From Octopus sinensis (Eukaryota): DNA of 64,000 nt. This document shows, one piece after another, positions 42,107 to 54,952 of the stretch (its first letter is position 1; each line of letters opens with the position of its first letter). The stretch covers positions 60,264,001 through 60,328,000 of the forward strand of contig NC_042999.1 of assembly GCF_006345805.1 (NCBI RefSeq). Direction: 5' to 3'. Both the position numbers and the translations under genes were made by a program. Below the pieces are notes generated by a model, which ran no database searches, had not been told where the DNA came from, and was given only the letters and a program-made list of their open reading frames with translations.

Positions 42107-42787
42107 ATATGTGTATATATGTATATAAGTATGTATGATGTATGGTGTATATATATGCATAATTGAAGCTTCCGTATTGTTTTCACCTACCTAATATCAC
42201 CTACAAAGCATTATTGAGAACGAAAGGTGGAGGAAGAACTTACCCGCAGTGTGGCGCGTTGTTCAACTGGACCCAGGACCAACAGGGTGGTCGTAAACCG
42301 CATCACCATGCAGGATTCCATAAATAGTTTGACATGCAAGAACAAGACGACATTTTTGCGATACGAGATACGAGTGTGAGCTTTTGATTCCTGATTGCAA
42401 ATCCCCAGTAGAAATATGTTAGAATAAATGCGTACAAGCAAGTAAATCAGATACACATACACACACATAAAACAAATATACATGCATATATAGTGGTAAA
42501 AAAGCGAAGTTATTTCTTAAAGGACGGTTTCTCGGTTTCCATGACGTATGTATTCCCAACCTGGTCGGGGACGAGGGAGGGACCGTCGCACGGTTACTCA
42601 TTTTCACTAGCTGAGTGACTGGAGCAACGTGAAATGAGGTATTTTGCTCAATAACACGACGTATCACCCACTCCAGGAATTGAAACCACAGTCTGATGAT
42701 CATGCGTCCAACACATTTAACCACAAAGCCGCGCGTCTTCACTATGTATCACTCTCTCTCTCTCCGTATATATATATATATATATAT

Positions 42788-42841
<54 letters not shown>

Positions 42842-42896
42842 TATGTTATATATATATATATATATGTATATATATGTATAATATATATATATATAT

Positions 42897-42930
<34 letters not shown>

Positions 42931-42931
<1 letters not shown>

Positions 42932-44327
42932 AAGGTATGTAGAAAAATACAACATGGACAAGAACGTATAACTCTTAGAAGACGATACAATAAACATGGA
43001 CAGGACATTCGAAGCCCTCAGTCTTCAGTCAAGAACCGGATCATCGTAGTAATTTCGGCTGATTAATCTTGAGATTACTAGATCACGGCCAGCCCTCCAA
43101 GAAAAACTAAGCAACGAGCATTAGAAAAACTAAGCTGGGAGCGTAGATTTCCTGGAAGAAGGATCGAATGCATACGAACACCGGGACAGCAAAAGGGACG
43201 AATACAAAAAAAGCAAAAAACAATAATGGAATACAGAAACATGAAATACAGAAGCATTAACGGTGAAAACAACAAGTGTCTTACGACTGATAACAAGCAA
43301 ACAAAATTTTTCTCTGGCGCATTGGAAAGGAGCCTTATCGGCGATGCCTTGGCGGCGGACGAAAAACAACGATGTTAACACGTCGCTGGTGGGAAGCTGA
43401 AAGGCAGATTTCGGCCAGCGGTCACGTGACAGAGAAGAGAGAAAAGAAAAGAAAGAGAAGCAAAGGAAGGAAGAGAGAGAGAATAGAGAGAGAGGAGGGA
43501 CAAACGCAACAAGGGGAGAGAAGAGAGAGAAAGAAGGAATCAGAGAGGAGAAGGGATGGGTGTCGAAGATTGACCTGTGAGTGCAGAGCGAGACAAAGAA
43601 ATGGAAGGGTAGGGGAAGATTAGACCAAAGAATCAGAGGAAAGAGAAGAGAAAAAGAGGATGAGTAGAGAGAAAAGAGAGAGAAGGGGACAGATCAAGTA
43701 AAAGTGAGAGAGAGAGAGACAAACAGAGAGTCGTACCAATTTTTAAGAATATGTGCTCACATTAATGTTAAGAGGGTACGTGGCGCCTGGAATATATATT
43801 AAGGTATGTAGAAAAATACAACATGGACAAGAACGTATAACTCTTAGAAGACGATACAATAAACACGGACAGGACATTCGAAACCCTCAGTCTTCAGTCA
43901 AGAACCGGATCATCGTAGTAATTTCGGCTGATTAATCTTGAGATTACTAGATCACGGCCAGCCCTCCAAGAAAAACTAAGCAACGAGCATTAGAAAAACT
44001 AAGCTGGGAGCGTAGATTCCTGGAAGAAGGATCGAATGCATACGAACACCGGGACAGCAAAAGGGACGAATATAAAAAAAGCAAAAAAAACAATAATGGA
44101 ATACAGAAACATGAAATACAGAAGCATTAACGGTGAAAACAACAAGTGTCTTACGACTGATAACAAGCAAAAAAATTTTCTCTGGCGCATTGGAAAGGAG
44201 CCTTATCGGCGATGCCTTGGCGGCGGACGAAAAACAACGATGTTAACACGTCGCTGGTGGGAAGCTGAAAGGCAGATTTCGGCCAGCGGTCACGTGACAG
44301 AGAAGAGAGAAAAGAAAAGAAAGAGAA

Positions 44328-44330
<3 letters not shown>
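42931..44330 (-). mobile_element. PLE pseudo-LTR-like direct repeat pair (~530 bp) around a purine-rich spacer
   Basis: 42931-43462 matches 43800-44330. Shares gatttcggccag with the pLTR at ~6225. (TA)n flanks. Confidence 0.65.
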
Positions 44331-44368
<38 letters not shown>

Positions 44369-44386
44369 TAGATAGATAGATAGATA

Positions 44387-44700
44387 TATACTAGCAGTAT
44401 AACTCGCCGTTGCTCTGGTTTGTGTTTTTAGTTGCGTTTAAAACGGTAGACTTACACAGCAGTAAAAATATCGTAAAAAAAAAAGGATTTTAATAGAAAA
44501 AAAACACCTTTTTGATGTAAATAATTTTCGGTTTTAACATGGTCGGATTTGAATTTTCTTCTTCAACAGAATGAAGAGCAAGCCTTCATCTTTCATGCTC
44601 TCAATTTTGGTCAACTTGCACCGCAGGGTCTCAGAGGAGATAGTGTTAGTTGAAGGCTACGAAACCTGCTACACACAGAGACAGCTTCAGCTTCATATAT
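44387..44700 (+). mobile_element. Probable non-autonomous Helentron/Helitron-like element
   Basis: Starts tatactagcag with a degenerate subterminal hairpin and ends acacacagagacagcttcagcttcatatata. The layout matches HINE-type elements as I recall them. Confidence 0.45.
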
Positions 44701-45208
44701 ATAAATATATACTTACATACAAATATATTATTCTACCTATATTGCATAATACACATATTGCCTCAGCTTTCCTATATGTATTAACTCACTCGTAAGAGCT
44801 GAATATTGAAACAGATTGTAAACAATACACCTGTTTAAACATTTGCTGTACACTACAGGTGTACTGAAAAGTGGTGGAGAAACAACACAATGTATATGAG
44901 AAGATAGCACACCAAATGTCTATTGAAATTGTTCCACACAGCAGACCTAAGCACTAAAAGTAAAACATCTGCTTACAAATTCACATATTTAAATAGCTCT
45001 GATATTTACAATTTGTTATAATATACAATTTTGAGCAGCTTGTGGATGCGTCATCTACGTAAGTAAATGAACGAAGCATAGTATGTATTATAATGTATTA
45101 TATTACATAACTGGAATAATGATAATGCTTCTACACAAGCAAATAGAGCACATAGTGCAATATCTATATATCTATCTATCCATCTATTTATCTATCTATC
45201 TATCTATC

Positions 45209-45264
<56 letters not shown>

Positions 45265-45267
<3 letters not shown>

Positions 45268-45692
45268 TTTCTACGATAGGCTCAAACCCTGAAATTTTGT
45301 GAGAGCGGGCTAATCGATTAAACCAACCACCGTGCTTAACTAGCACTAATTTCATCGACTGGGAAAGAAATAAAGGCGAAGTAGACTTCGGCGGAATTTG
45401 AAACCAGAATGGAGAAATGGACGACATGCCACTAAGCATTTTGTTCGGTCATGGGAACGATTCTGGCGAGCTGGCAGAAACGTTAGCACGCCGGGCGAAA
45501 TGCTTAGCTGTATTTCGTCTGCCGTTACGTTCTGGGTTCAAATTCCGCCGAGGTCGACTTTGCCTTTCATCCTTTCCGGGTCGATAAATTAAGTACCAGT
45601 TACGCACCGGGGTCAATGTAATCGACTTAATCCGTTTGTCTGTCCTTGTTTGTCCCCTCTGTGTTTAGCCCCTTGTGGGTAGTAAAGAAATA
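45265..45692. mobile_element. Two SINE family B copies head-to-head (minus 45265-45440, plus 45462-45692)
   Basis: Family core on opposite strands. Confidence 0.8.
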
Positions 45693-45929
45693 GATAGGAA
45701 CGATTCTAATAATACAAATAATACTGACGATAATATTAATTTCTGTTTTCATATTATCCTTAGTAAATTTTTCATACTAACTAATTTGCTTGAAATTGCT
45801 GCAAATCATGACTGCATTACCACAACTCTCTTCCCTTTTTTTGTTCCCTTACATCCAGAGAAAGAAAGAAAAACTGTCGCCACTTCATTGCGGCAATATC
45901 TGTTTGTTTAGGTCAGGTCTAGGCGCATA

Positions 45930-46250
45930 TGCACTCTGCTGCCAAACAGATATGCCCTTCATGTAATATTCGGCTATTCACTAAAAGACAGGCTATCTAA
46001 TATCGACCTGCTTAGCAAGTGTAAGATTGGTGCCATCAAAAGCTTCTTTAAGCAGTCCCAATGTGAGGAAAGAATGCCTAAAGTTCTCATGTACAACTAG
46101 CTTAATAGTGGACACAGGAATATTGGTCGACCATGGCTTATATATAAAGACAAGCTGGAGAGCAACCTCTCAGCAGTCAACAGAGCTCACAACACCTTTG
46201 AGCAAACAAAATGGAGATCGCCGTGTCGAAATTGTATAAGAATCTTTGTT
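45930..46250 (+). mobile_element. Old RTE-like LINE C-terminal fragment
   Basis: ERMPKVLMYN*LNSGHRNIGRPWLIYKDKLESNL. Confidence 0.6.
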
Positions 46251-46507
46251 TCAACCAACATTAACAGACATAAGGGTGCAACGCGAAGAGGAAAAGCGAC
46301 TGCAAATATACCACATGTAATGGCACGTAATCCTCATGCTTGCAACATCTGCAAGCTTCTTTGCAAATGGTTCTGTATGTATGTATGCATGCATGTATGT
46401 ATATATATATATGCATGCATGTACGTATGTATGTAACCTATATGGATGATACATTTACACAGGGAAAATTTAATTATTTCTCCGAATATTGAAGAAATGA
46501 TGAACAG

Positions 46508-46548
46508 TCTTAATCGATTTTCGAACCTTATTGGACTCTCATCAGAGG
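46508..46548 (-). ncRNA. Minimal hammerhead (weak stem I)
   Basis: cCU CUGAUGA GAGUC-caauaa-GGUUC GAAA AUCGAU UA^AGa. Stem III is the palindrome AAUCGAUU. Confidence 0.6.
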
Positions 46549-46663
46549 TGTCAACATCAATTTAACTAATCCCAAAGAAACTAGCAGCCAATCCGTTTAT
46601 ATAATCAACAAATCAGCTTGTATGCATGTGTGCCAGCATATATATTGACACACACAATTTCCT

Positions 46664-46721
<58 letters not shown>

Positions 46722-46976
46722 GCACACATATATATACATACATACATACATACATACATACATACATACATACATACATACATACATACATACATACATA
46801 CATACATACACACACACATATATGCTTGTTTATTATCTTTGTGTAACCGACGAAGTCGATGAAAATACAAATACTGTTTACTTCTAAGATTTGCTGTCGA
46901 AACTAGGCTTCACAGAAGAGACTGTAAATGGTAAAACATTAAATATCCACTACACACGCATAAATTTATTCATGTA

Positions 46977-47052
<76 letters not shown>

Positions 47053-47811
47053 GAGAGAGATATAAGATATATATATAGATAGATAGATAAATAGATAGAT
47101 AGAGCACTTAAATATATGATAACAATCGGACAGGAAATATATATTCGTGACACGAAACATAAAGAAAGCTACAAATACCCAACGGCATTTATTATAAGAG
47201 TGATTACTAACTTGAATTTAAAAAAAAAAGCAAACTATAATTGAAATTAATTGAAATTACTTCTTGTCATCGAAAAACTCAGTAATCGACCTCTTATTCA
47301 TGAAAATGACAAATGTGTAGCTTATTACAAACAGCAGGATCCATATATTTGTGTATATATAATCACACACACACACGCACACACACATCCAAACACACAC
47401 ACACACAAACACACACAAACATGCACACACACACGCACACGCACAACACAAATTCAGTTATATTGATAAAATCTCTGTAAATGCAGTGAAAATAATATTT
47501 CGGTGTATTGAATTTTGCATAAATAAACAGAAAAAAATTCGTATTTCTGCGTTTTATATATAAAAATATACATATTGATGTGGTTACAATGAGGAAAAAA
47601 AAATACATCCATGTAAATGTATATATCAAATATATTAAGGATCCTTAAACAAGGTTCTTTCGTTCCGAGAGAAAAATTGATGTACAATAAACACGTGTGT
47701 CGTTCTTACCTGGGAATATAGCTGAATGCATAAATATATATATATGCATGTATGAATACACACACACGCACGCATACATACATATATATATATAGGCCTA
47801 TATGTGTATGC

Positions 47812-47854
<43 letters not shown>

Positions 47855-48899
47855 CGGTGATCTAGCACGAACGCAGTTAACTGACTGAATGAAATAGAAG
47901 TAAAAGAAGAATATGTAAATATAAACATAGATATATAATACATACATGCATACATAAATACATACATATACACACACACGTACATACATACACACATACA
48001 TACATAAATACATACATACATATACATACATACATATATATATAGATATATATATTAGGCAAGAAAGAAAGTATTGTCTCATTTCAAGTGCTTCGTTGGT
48101 TCTAATTGAAATATTTAATGGTGATAATATTTTCCCTCATTCTTGATAACATGATCCCATCTATTTGACAAACTGCTGATCTTTCAGGCGTAAAATTCTT
48201 CAGCTTTCGAAGCATGGAAGCGCCCAATATCAATTTTAATCTCTTCACAATTAATAAACCGTTTTACGTCTGAATAACGATGCAATGATCTGGAAAGACG
48301 ATAGTCAGATGAGCAAAGTGAGGAGAATAAGAACGATGAGACCAAATCTCAGTCTCTTCTCCTTTCTTAGTGCCTTTGGCAATATGTGGTTCTGCGTCAT
48401 TTCTTAAGAGGAACACTCTTAAAATTCACCAACGATCGGCGCTTTTTCTGCAGAATTTTATACAATTTTACTTGCCGACAATATTTCTCTCCATTGACTG
48501 TTTCGTTTTGGTTTAACGCTTCATATCCCACCAAACAAAGAGGATATCTCTTTTCTTGCGTAATCCTGGCTTTGTTGGGTAGATTCTCCTTTCTTACTGA
48601 GTACTAATCATTGGCGTTTTCCTTTTGGATATTACTGTAGAGAATCTACCTTTCATTACATGTTATGATTGAACACGCGAAAGACTCGGTAGCAAGTCTA
48701 TTCAAGTCTATTCTTCAACAACGATCAGAAGACACATGTTTGATTAATATAAGACGATGTCAGATTATGAGGTGTCCTCTGACCAAGTTTAAACACTTTT
48801 CGTACTTCATGATGGCGTTTTATGAACGAATTGTAACTTGAATTACACTGTTTTGTTCAGTCTCATGAAGTCTGCTTTTGATTTGCTTCAACTACGATT

Positions 48900-49310
48900 T
48901 TCGGAAGCTCAATATTGATAGACTTTGGACATACAAATGGCGAGAAAACTTTGAAAGAAAAAATTCCCGAGCTAAAAGAGCCAAACCATTGTTGATATGG
49001 CCAGAATTCTGATGCAAAGAACTGCTGCCAATGTGACCAAGGCTATACTTGAGGAACTTGTGTGGGGCTGGAGGTGCTACCTCATCTTGCCTATAGATCA
49101 GACCTTGCATCATCAGATTTCCACGTTTTCCGATCCACGGCACATTGCCTGCAGGATAGGGACTAAAAAAGGTGGATTAGGTTGAAAATGGGCGTTGGGA
49201 GTTTTTTCTTTTGCTTCTAAACAAGCCAAATGCTATAAGCGTGGAATTGAACTTCTGGCACAAAGATCACAGCATACGATAGAATTATGATGGGATATAT
49301 TGTGTTGTAG
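48900..49310 (+). mobile_element. Mariner transposase C-terminal fragment
   Basis: EVLPHLAYRSDLASSDFHVFRS (a YSPDLAPSD variant) and YKRGIELL. Confidence 0.75.
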
Positions 49311-49454
49311 AAACACTTTCTGTACGCAATTTACGTGAAATACGAAAAGAAAATCATCGACAAATTCTAATATGCACACACCCTTCCACATACAGATATA
49401 TATGTATATTACATACATACATACATACATACACACATACATGCATGCATACAT

Positions 49455-49525
<71 letters not shown>

Positions 49526-49607
49526 AAATTGTTAAACAGGACAGCAGTCATTAAGGCAAGCAAACGTCTCAAGTCGTATACAGTATTATTATAGGAAGAA
49601 ATTCAAA

Positions 49608-49663
49608 ATCTTACAGCTGTTTCTGGGATATCTCCGAGTATGGGATATTCCATCATTAGAGAC
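49608..49663 (-). ncRNA. Decayed minimal hammerhead (G5A)
   Basis: GUCU CUaAUGA UGGAAUAUC..GAUAUCCCA GAAA CAGCUG UA^AGAU. Confidence 0.55.
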
Positions 49664-49689
49664 TACAATTTGACATGAATAATTACTCT

Positions 49690-50300
49690 GCCTCTATATC
49701 ACATATCCTTCTTTAAAAGGCTCTTACCTTAGTTAAAAACATAACCGACATAACCTCGTTTGAAATTGATGTAATTCTATCTGCCAGGTAGACCTGCATA
49801 TCCTTCGAAAATAAGCTTTTTTTCCCACGGTAATCTCAACACTAACAGAAGCAACTTCTTAGATATTACCATGGGCTTATCTGAGTCCACTCAGGTCACA
49901 GATCTAGTCGGATTGTTCCCCCTTCAACACAATTGCCCCATATCAAAGGGGGTTTATACAGGGATGATGCATTGTTAATTACAACCGGTCTAACAAAATA
50001 TGCATTAGTAAAAACTGGAAAACACAAAAGCTCTTCGCCAACTTTAATCTATCAATCTCTTTCGAAAACTCTTATAGGACAACATATTTTCTAGATGTTA
50101 CTTTAATTTTTCACTATACTACCCATATCAGAAACTCAATCAATACCATCAGCACAGAATCTAGTCACCATAAATCTACTTTCTAGAGCATAATCAAAGG
50201 CATATTCATCAAAATATCCGATCTATAAGCCAATGAAGAATTCTTCAATAACTACGCCAACTACTATAACCAAGCTCTAGCAGCTAGTGGAAGAACATTA
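49690..50300 (+). pseudogene. Second PLE RT fragment (YRDD type, possibly Naiad-like)
   Basis: DITMGLSESTQVTDLVGLF (~49862), GLYRDDALLI (49951), FLDVT and NEEFFNNYANYYNQALAASG. Confidence 0.7.
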
Positions 50301-50326
50301 AATAAAAGTACAATCCAGATGTATAT

Positions 50327-50402
50327 AATCTAGGACCTAGGTTTCGAACTTGCCAAGTTATGTTTGTTAACGTAAATTTGATTAGTTCTCTTTCGCTAGA
50401 TT
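50327..50402 (-). ncRNA. Hammerhead with mutated core
   Basis: AAUCUAG CgaAAGA GAACU..AGUUC GAAA CCUAGG UC^CUAGAUU. All three stems form, but the core is not CUGANGA. Confidence 0.55.
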
Positions 50403-50532
50403 CAACGAGACAAAATTTGGAATGCTGGTACTGTTGTGGCAGTATACTCGTCTGAACGCCTGGCCGTTAACAGACCGAGAACAGTGAAAAAGATTTCAAG
50501 CAAAAAATTGTTAAATATATATATATATATAT

Positions 50533-51235
50533 ATAACAATTTAGGAATGGCCTAAACAGGCCATTCGTCCACCAGAAAGAGCAGCCAGAACTCAAACCGC
50601 CAAGTAGTGGCTGCTCTTTCTGGTGGACGAATGGCCTGTTTAGGCCATTCCTAAATTGTTATATTTATATATATTTAGTCTTTGACTATTTTCTCTTTTC
50701 CACTAGGCCGCTGGTAGCGATAAATTTTTACTGAATTTTTTGCTACCCTAAATTGATTAATTGATAATTTTCTGACTAATTCTGAGATTGAATCGGCAGT
50801 TTATATTTGCTGCCGATAAGTTTGGCGCGAATGCGTTGGTCTTGAAAATTTTAAGACAGATATTCCCGAGGCATTGATACAGTCGCCTCGTGTATATTCG
50901 TCTCTCCCAGGTTTCTTTTACTGATGAAGTGTGACCTATGGTAGACTAGCTTAATTAATTTAATTAAGCTGGTCTATCATTAAAAACACCGAAACGATGC
51001 ATCGTATAAAAGATGAATTAGGGTAAACGTTTTTAAATTTTCACCTTATTTCCGAATTGCACTACTTGGCGGTTTGAGTTCTGGCTGCTCTTTCTGGTGG
51101 ACGAATGGCCTGTTTAGGCCATTCCTAAATTGTTATATTTATATATATTTAGTCTTTGACTATTTTCTCTTTTCCACTAGGCCGCTGGTAGCGATAAATT
51201 TTTACTGAATTTTTTGCTACCCTAAATTGATTAAT
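50533..51235 (+). mobile_element. Non-coding HHR element: 474-nt monomer, ~153-bp terminal redundancy, inverted 5' segment
   Basis: Direct repeat 50609-50761 / 51083-51235. 50533-50608 is the reverse complement of 51061-~51136. (TA)n flanks. Confidence 0.88.
50915..51012 (+). ncRNA. Type I hammerhead with 21-bp stem II extension
   Basis: CTTTTA CTGATGA(50921-50927) aGTGT..hairpin..ACACc GAAA(50991-50994) CGATGCATCG TA^(51005-51006) TAAAAG. Confidence 0.88.
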
Positions 51236-51252
51236 ATATATATATATATATA

Positions 51253-51562
51253 TGTGTCACTCAATCGGTTACGACGACGGGGGTTCCAGTTCATTTCGAT
51301 CAACGGAGCAGCCTTTTCGTGACGTTAACGTGCAAGTGGATGTGCACTCTACAGATGCGCGTAACTTTAGACATAGTTCTTAGTGAGATTCAGCTTGACA
51401 ATGAGGGTGAGAAAGCTGACCATTCGAAATACAGGTACAACTCATTTTTGCCAGCTGAGTAGACTGGAGCAATGTAAAAGGAAGTGTCTTGCTCAAAGAC
51501 ACAACACGCCGTTGGGATTCGAACTCACAACCATAAAATCGTGAGACGAATATCATAAACGC
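51253..51562 (-). mobile_element. SINE family D copy (related copies at 42585-42740, 55713-56030, 62315-62485)
   Basis: Shared gactggagcaacgtgaaa..gtcttgctca and gacgacgagggttccagttg blocks; tRNA-like head on the minus strand. Confidence 0.7.
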
Positions 51563-51751
51563 TAATCTTCTTTCTTTCTTTCTTTCTTTCTTAGTATATA
51601 TATATATAAGGTAAAAGTTTTTATTTTTCATTCCCTTCGAAAATTGCTCTTAAATATAGCTTTGGTCGTTTTGGCTGCTTCTTCTAGCTTGTAAAATTAC
51701 CTGTTATAGGTAGTTTCTCTTGCGTTTAAATGTACACCATTTTATATTGAG

Positions 51752-51811
<60 letters not shown>

Positions 51812-51814
51812 TAT

Positions 51815-52036
51815 GCTTTTATTCTTTTAGTTGTTTCAGTCATGACAACCGCATAGAAGGACTTTAGTCGAACAAATCAAACCCGTGACTTATTTTTTTA
51901 AAGCCTAGTACTTATTCTATTGGTCACTTTGGCTGAACGCTAGGTTACGAGGGCGTAAACACACCATCATGTTTACCAAGTTGTGTTGCGGGGGTCAAGC
52001 ACAGACAAGATATACACACGCACACACACATGCATA

Positions 52037-52101
<65 letters not shown>

Positions 52102-52253
52102 GAGGGACTTCTTTCAGTTTCCATCTACCAAATCCACTCACAAGGCTTTGGTCAGTCTGAGGCTATAGTAGAAGACATAGCCCGAGGTGCCACGTAGTGG
52201 GACTGAATTTGGAACCATGTGAGTGGGAAGCAAGCTCATGCCACACAGCCACC
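51815..52253 (-). mobile_element. SINE family A copy
   Basis: Reverse complement of the family. Confidence 0.75.
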
Positions 52254-52983
52254 GTTAAATAGTTTATGCTATACCGAATTTTTTTCTTTAAATGTCGTTC
52301 TAAATATATCGTTTTTGATAACTTCCTATGATAATACAGAAATCAGATATTTCAATTGACGTTTTCAAATTGTATTACACATGCACAGAAGCAGAAACAC
52401 ACACACACACACACACACACAAGCGCGCGCGCATTTCTGGACCAAAATTAAAAGTATTTCTTACAAATTCAACTTGACTAATTGATTTATATTTATGGTG
52501 AACGCACAGGATAGAATTAATGCCCTCGCGCCTGTGCAAAGATAAATCGTGATGAGATATACAATTTAGTACTCAATGGCAGGAAATATATTCTTCTGTA
52601 TTTAAGACGAATGCATTAATGTTATTCTCTGATTATTATTCTGTAAAAAGCAAAACACAGTAAACATTTTATATGATCAACGATCACTGATTGCTTTACA
52701 TTTAATTGGTTTTATGTGTACAGTTATTTCACTTCTTTATATTTATATTATAGAACTCTTTCACTTGTATGTGAATTTGATATTAGCCATATTGTAAGCA
52801 GATTGCTTTTTTTCCCGAAATTATATTAATTCTTTCGTCTTTCTTTTCTTTATGCTTTGTCCAGACACAGCAGTGTTGAATAGCAATGTATTAGTTTGAG
52901 ACAGACTATGATGCAAATGATGCAGTGAATTTCTGCATACATAGTGAGTGTGTACAATACGCTCATATGTATTTGTATATATT

Positions 52984-53027
<44 letters not shown>

Positions 53028-53673
53028 CATGTGCGTGTGTGTATGTGTGTGTATATGTGTATGCATGTATGTGTATGTGCGTGTTTATGTATGGATGTAT
53101 ATGCTTGTGTATACGTGTGGTTGACCTTGATTCGCATTTTGCTGTTTATAAACATTGCATATGTGAGTGTGTGTGTGTGTAATATAAATAATATATAAAT
53201 ATATGCATATATACATACATATATGTACATACCTACATCTATATGTATATATACATGCATATATGGGTACAGGACATCAAAAAAACGTTGAACACAATGA
53301 GAAACAAAAACATAAAGACAAAATCATGGAAACGAACTTTTTTAAACAACGAAGAAACAGAGCACAAGACATATTCCCTTTCTTCAGTTGTCCCTATTTC
53401 GTCTACTCCGCGTTCCGAAGGTAAGGACAAGATGCAACTTGGTTGAAGCAGTCCTTTCCGCAAAGCAAATTAAATAAAATTTGGGATTTTTTTGCGGAGG
53501 GGTAAAAGTGGTAACAAGAACAGCACAGTAAGAACAAAACATGACAGTAAAAACAATATATATTTATGAACTCAATAACCACACATATCTTACATCTAAT
53601 TTATTTCCTCCACCTCACTCTCTATTTGTATCATATCGAAACTAACTATGACTTAATTTTTCCTCTCACACCA

Positions 53674-53729
53674 TCTCCGATGAAGGGATATTATTATTAA
53701 TTAATATCGTAGAAACAGCAGCTGTAAGA
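53674..53729 (+). ncRNA. Decayed minimal hammerhead (U4C), same family as 49608
   Basis: TCT CcGATGA agggatatt..aatatcgta GAAA cagcagctg TA^AGA. Confidence 0.55.
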
Positions 53730-53788
53730 CCTATCTATAAATGCTTTAATATCTATACAGCCTTTTTTTTATCTCATTACGCAAAAAA

Positions 53789-53833
<45 letters not shown>

Positions 53834-54768
53834 AAATACGAGGTGTTTTCGTCAGGGTGACTCAGATCTAATAGGTATGCACCCCGAGTACTAAAATGGG
53901 TGTGCCACTAAAATTCCGGTGTGAATTACATTGAAACTCGGGATTTTGTGACTGCCTTATTTAATGCGATTAAATGTGACTTCCTTTTGTGTTAGTATGT
54001 AGAGATTAGAGTAGAAAGGAGTGGCAAACAAATTGGCAAGACTTGACAAGGACATTTAATTTAATTTCGCTATTTAATGAAAATCTCTGACCGCTGTTTC
54101 TGGAATATCCCACCTATTAGGATATCGTGCCGAGCAAAGACTCCATATACTAAGTATCCCTTAATCGGTGAGAGACTGATGGACAGATGGAGATAGATTA
54201 AATATATGTAACAGTGGAATAAAATTTTCTCATCAACGGTAGTTGTTGTGGCACCTTATGTCCAGAGAAGAAGGAGAGATCAAAATGAATCCAGTTATAT
54301 CCATTGAGATTGTGTATTCCGTAAGTAAATCCAGGGTCGGAGAGTATGGTTAGATTGTAATCCATAGTGAGGGAAAATGCATGCTAGCAGTTCCAAATTT
54401 GGACAAATACTGAGAGGCGCAATAAATATAGGCCACTCTGGTGGGAGAGAGATAGGTAGATAGGAGTTTTGTATTAGATATATACTAACCAGTGCAGCAA
54501 GGGTTACACCTGTCCATAGATATTAAGGAGACACGAGTGCAAATAAAGATAGATGACGAGTAAATAAAGCAGTTGTCCGACCTACAGTCTGAGTAGCAAT
54601 TGGGAACTATCCCACCACACACACACACTCATATATCATATTGGGTTTGGGGAGAGTCATTCTCTTTTATTGCCTTATTACTTAACACACTCACCGGTTC
54701 GATTTCCACTCATTTACTTATTTACTTTTTCTAAAAATTTCGATGCGTCTAGCAACATTTTCAATACA

Positions 54769-54804
<36 letters not shown>

Positions 54805-54837
54805 TGTATGTATATATATATACATACATATATATAT

Positions 54838-54869
<32 letters not shown>

Positions 54870-54910
54870 GTTGAAAAGGTTGCTAGAAGCATCCAAATTT
54901 TATATATGTA

Positions 54911-54952
<42 letters not shown>

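Noticed and set aside
42985-43035. CUGAAGA..cgaau-guc HHR-like remnant in the 43-kb pLTR (also at ~43870)
   Set aside because: GAAA is broken and neither stem I nor stem II pairs convincingly.
46845-46905. ccgacga...gctgtcgaaactagg
   Set aside because: The core is mutated and the 5' strand of stem II is not complementary.
53360-53395. acaa-CUGAAGA..guc-uugu on the minus strand
   Set aside because: Stem I and the 5' core are present but GAAA/stem III is missing; at most a deleted relic.
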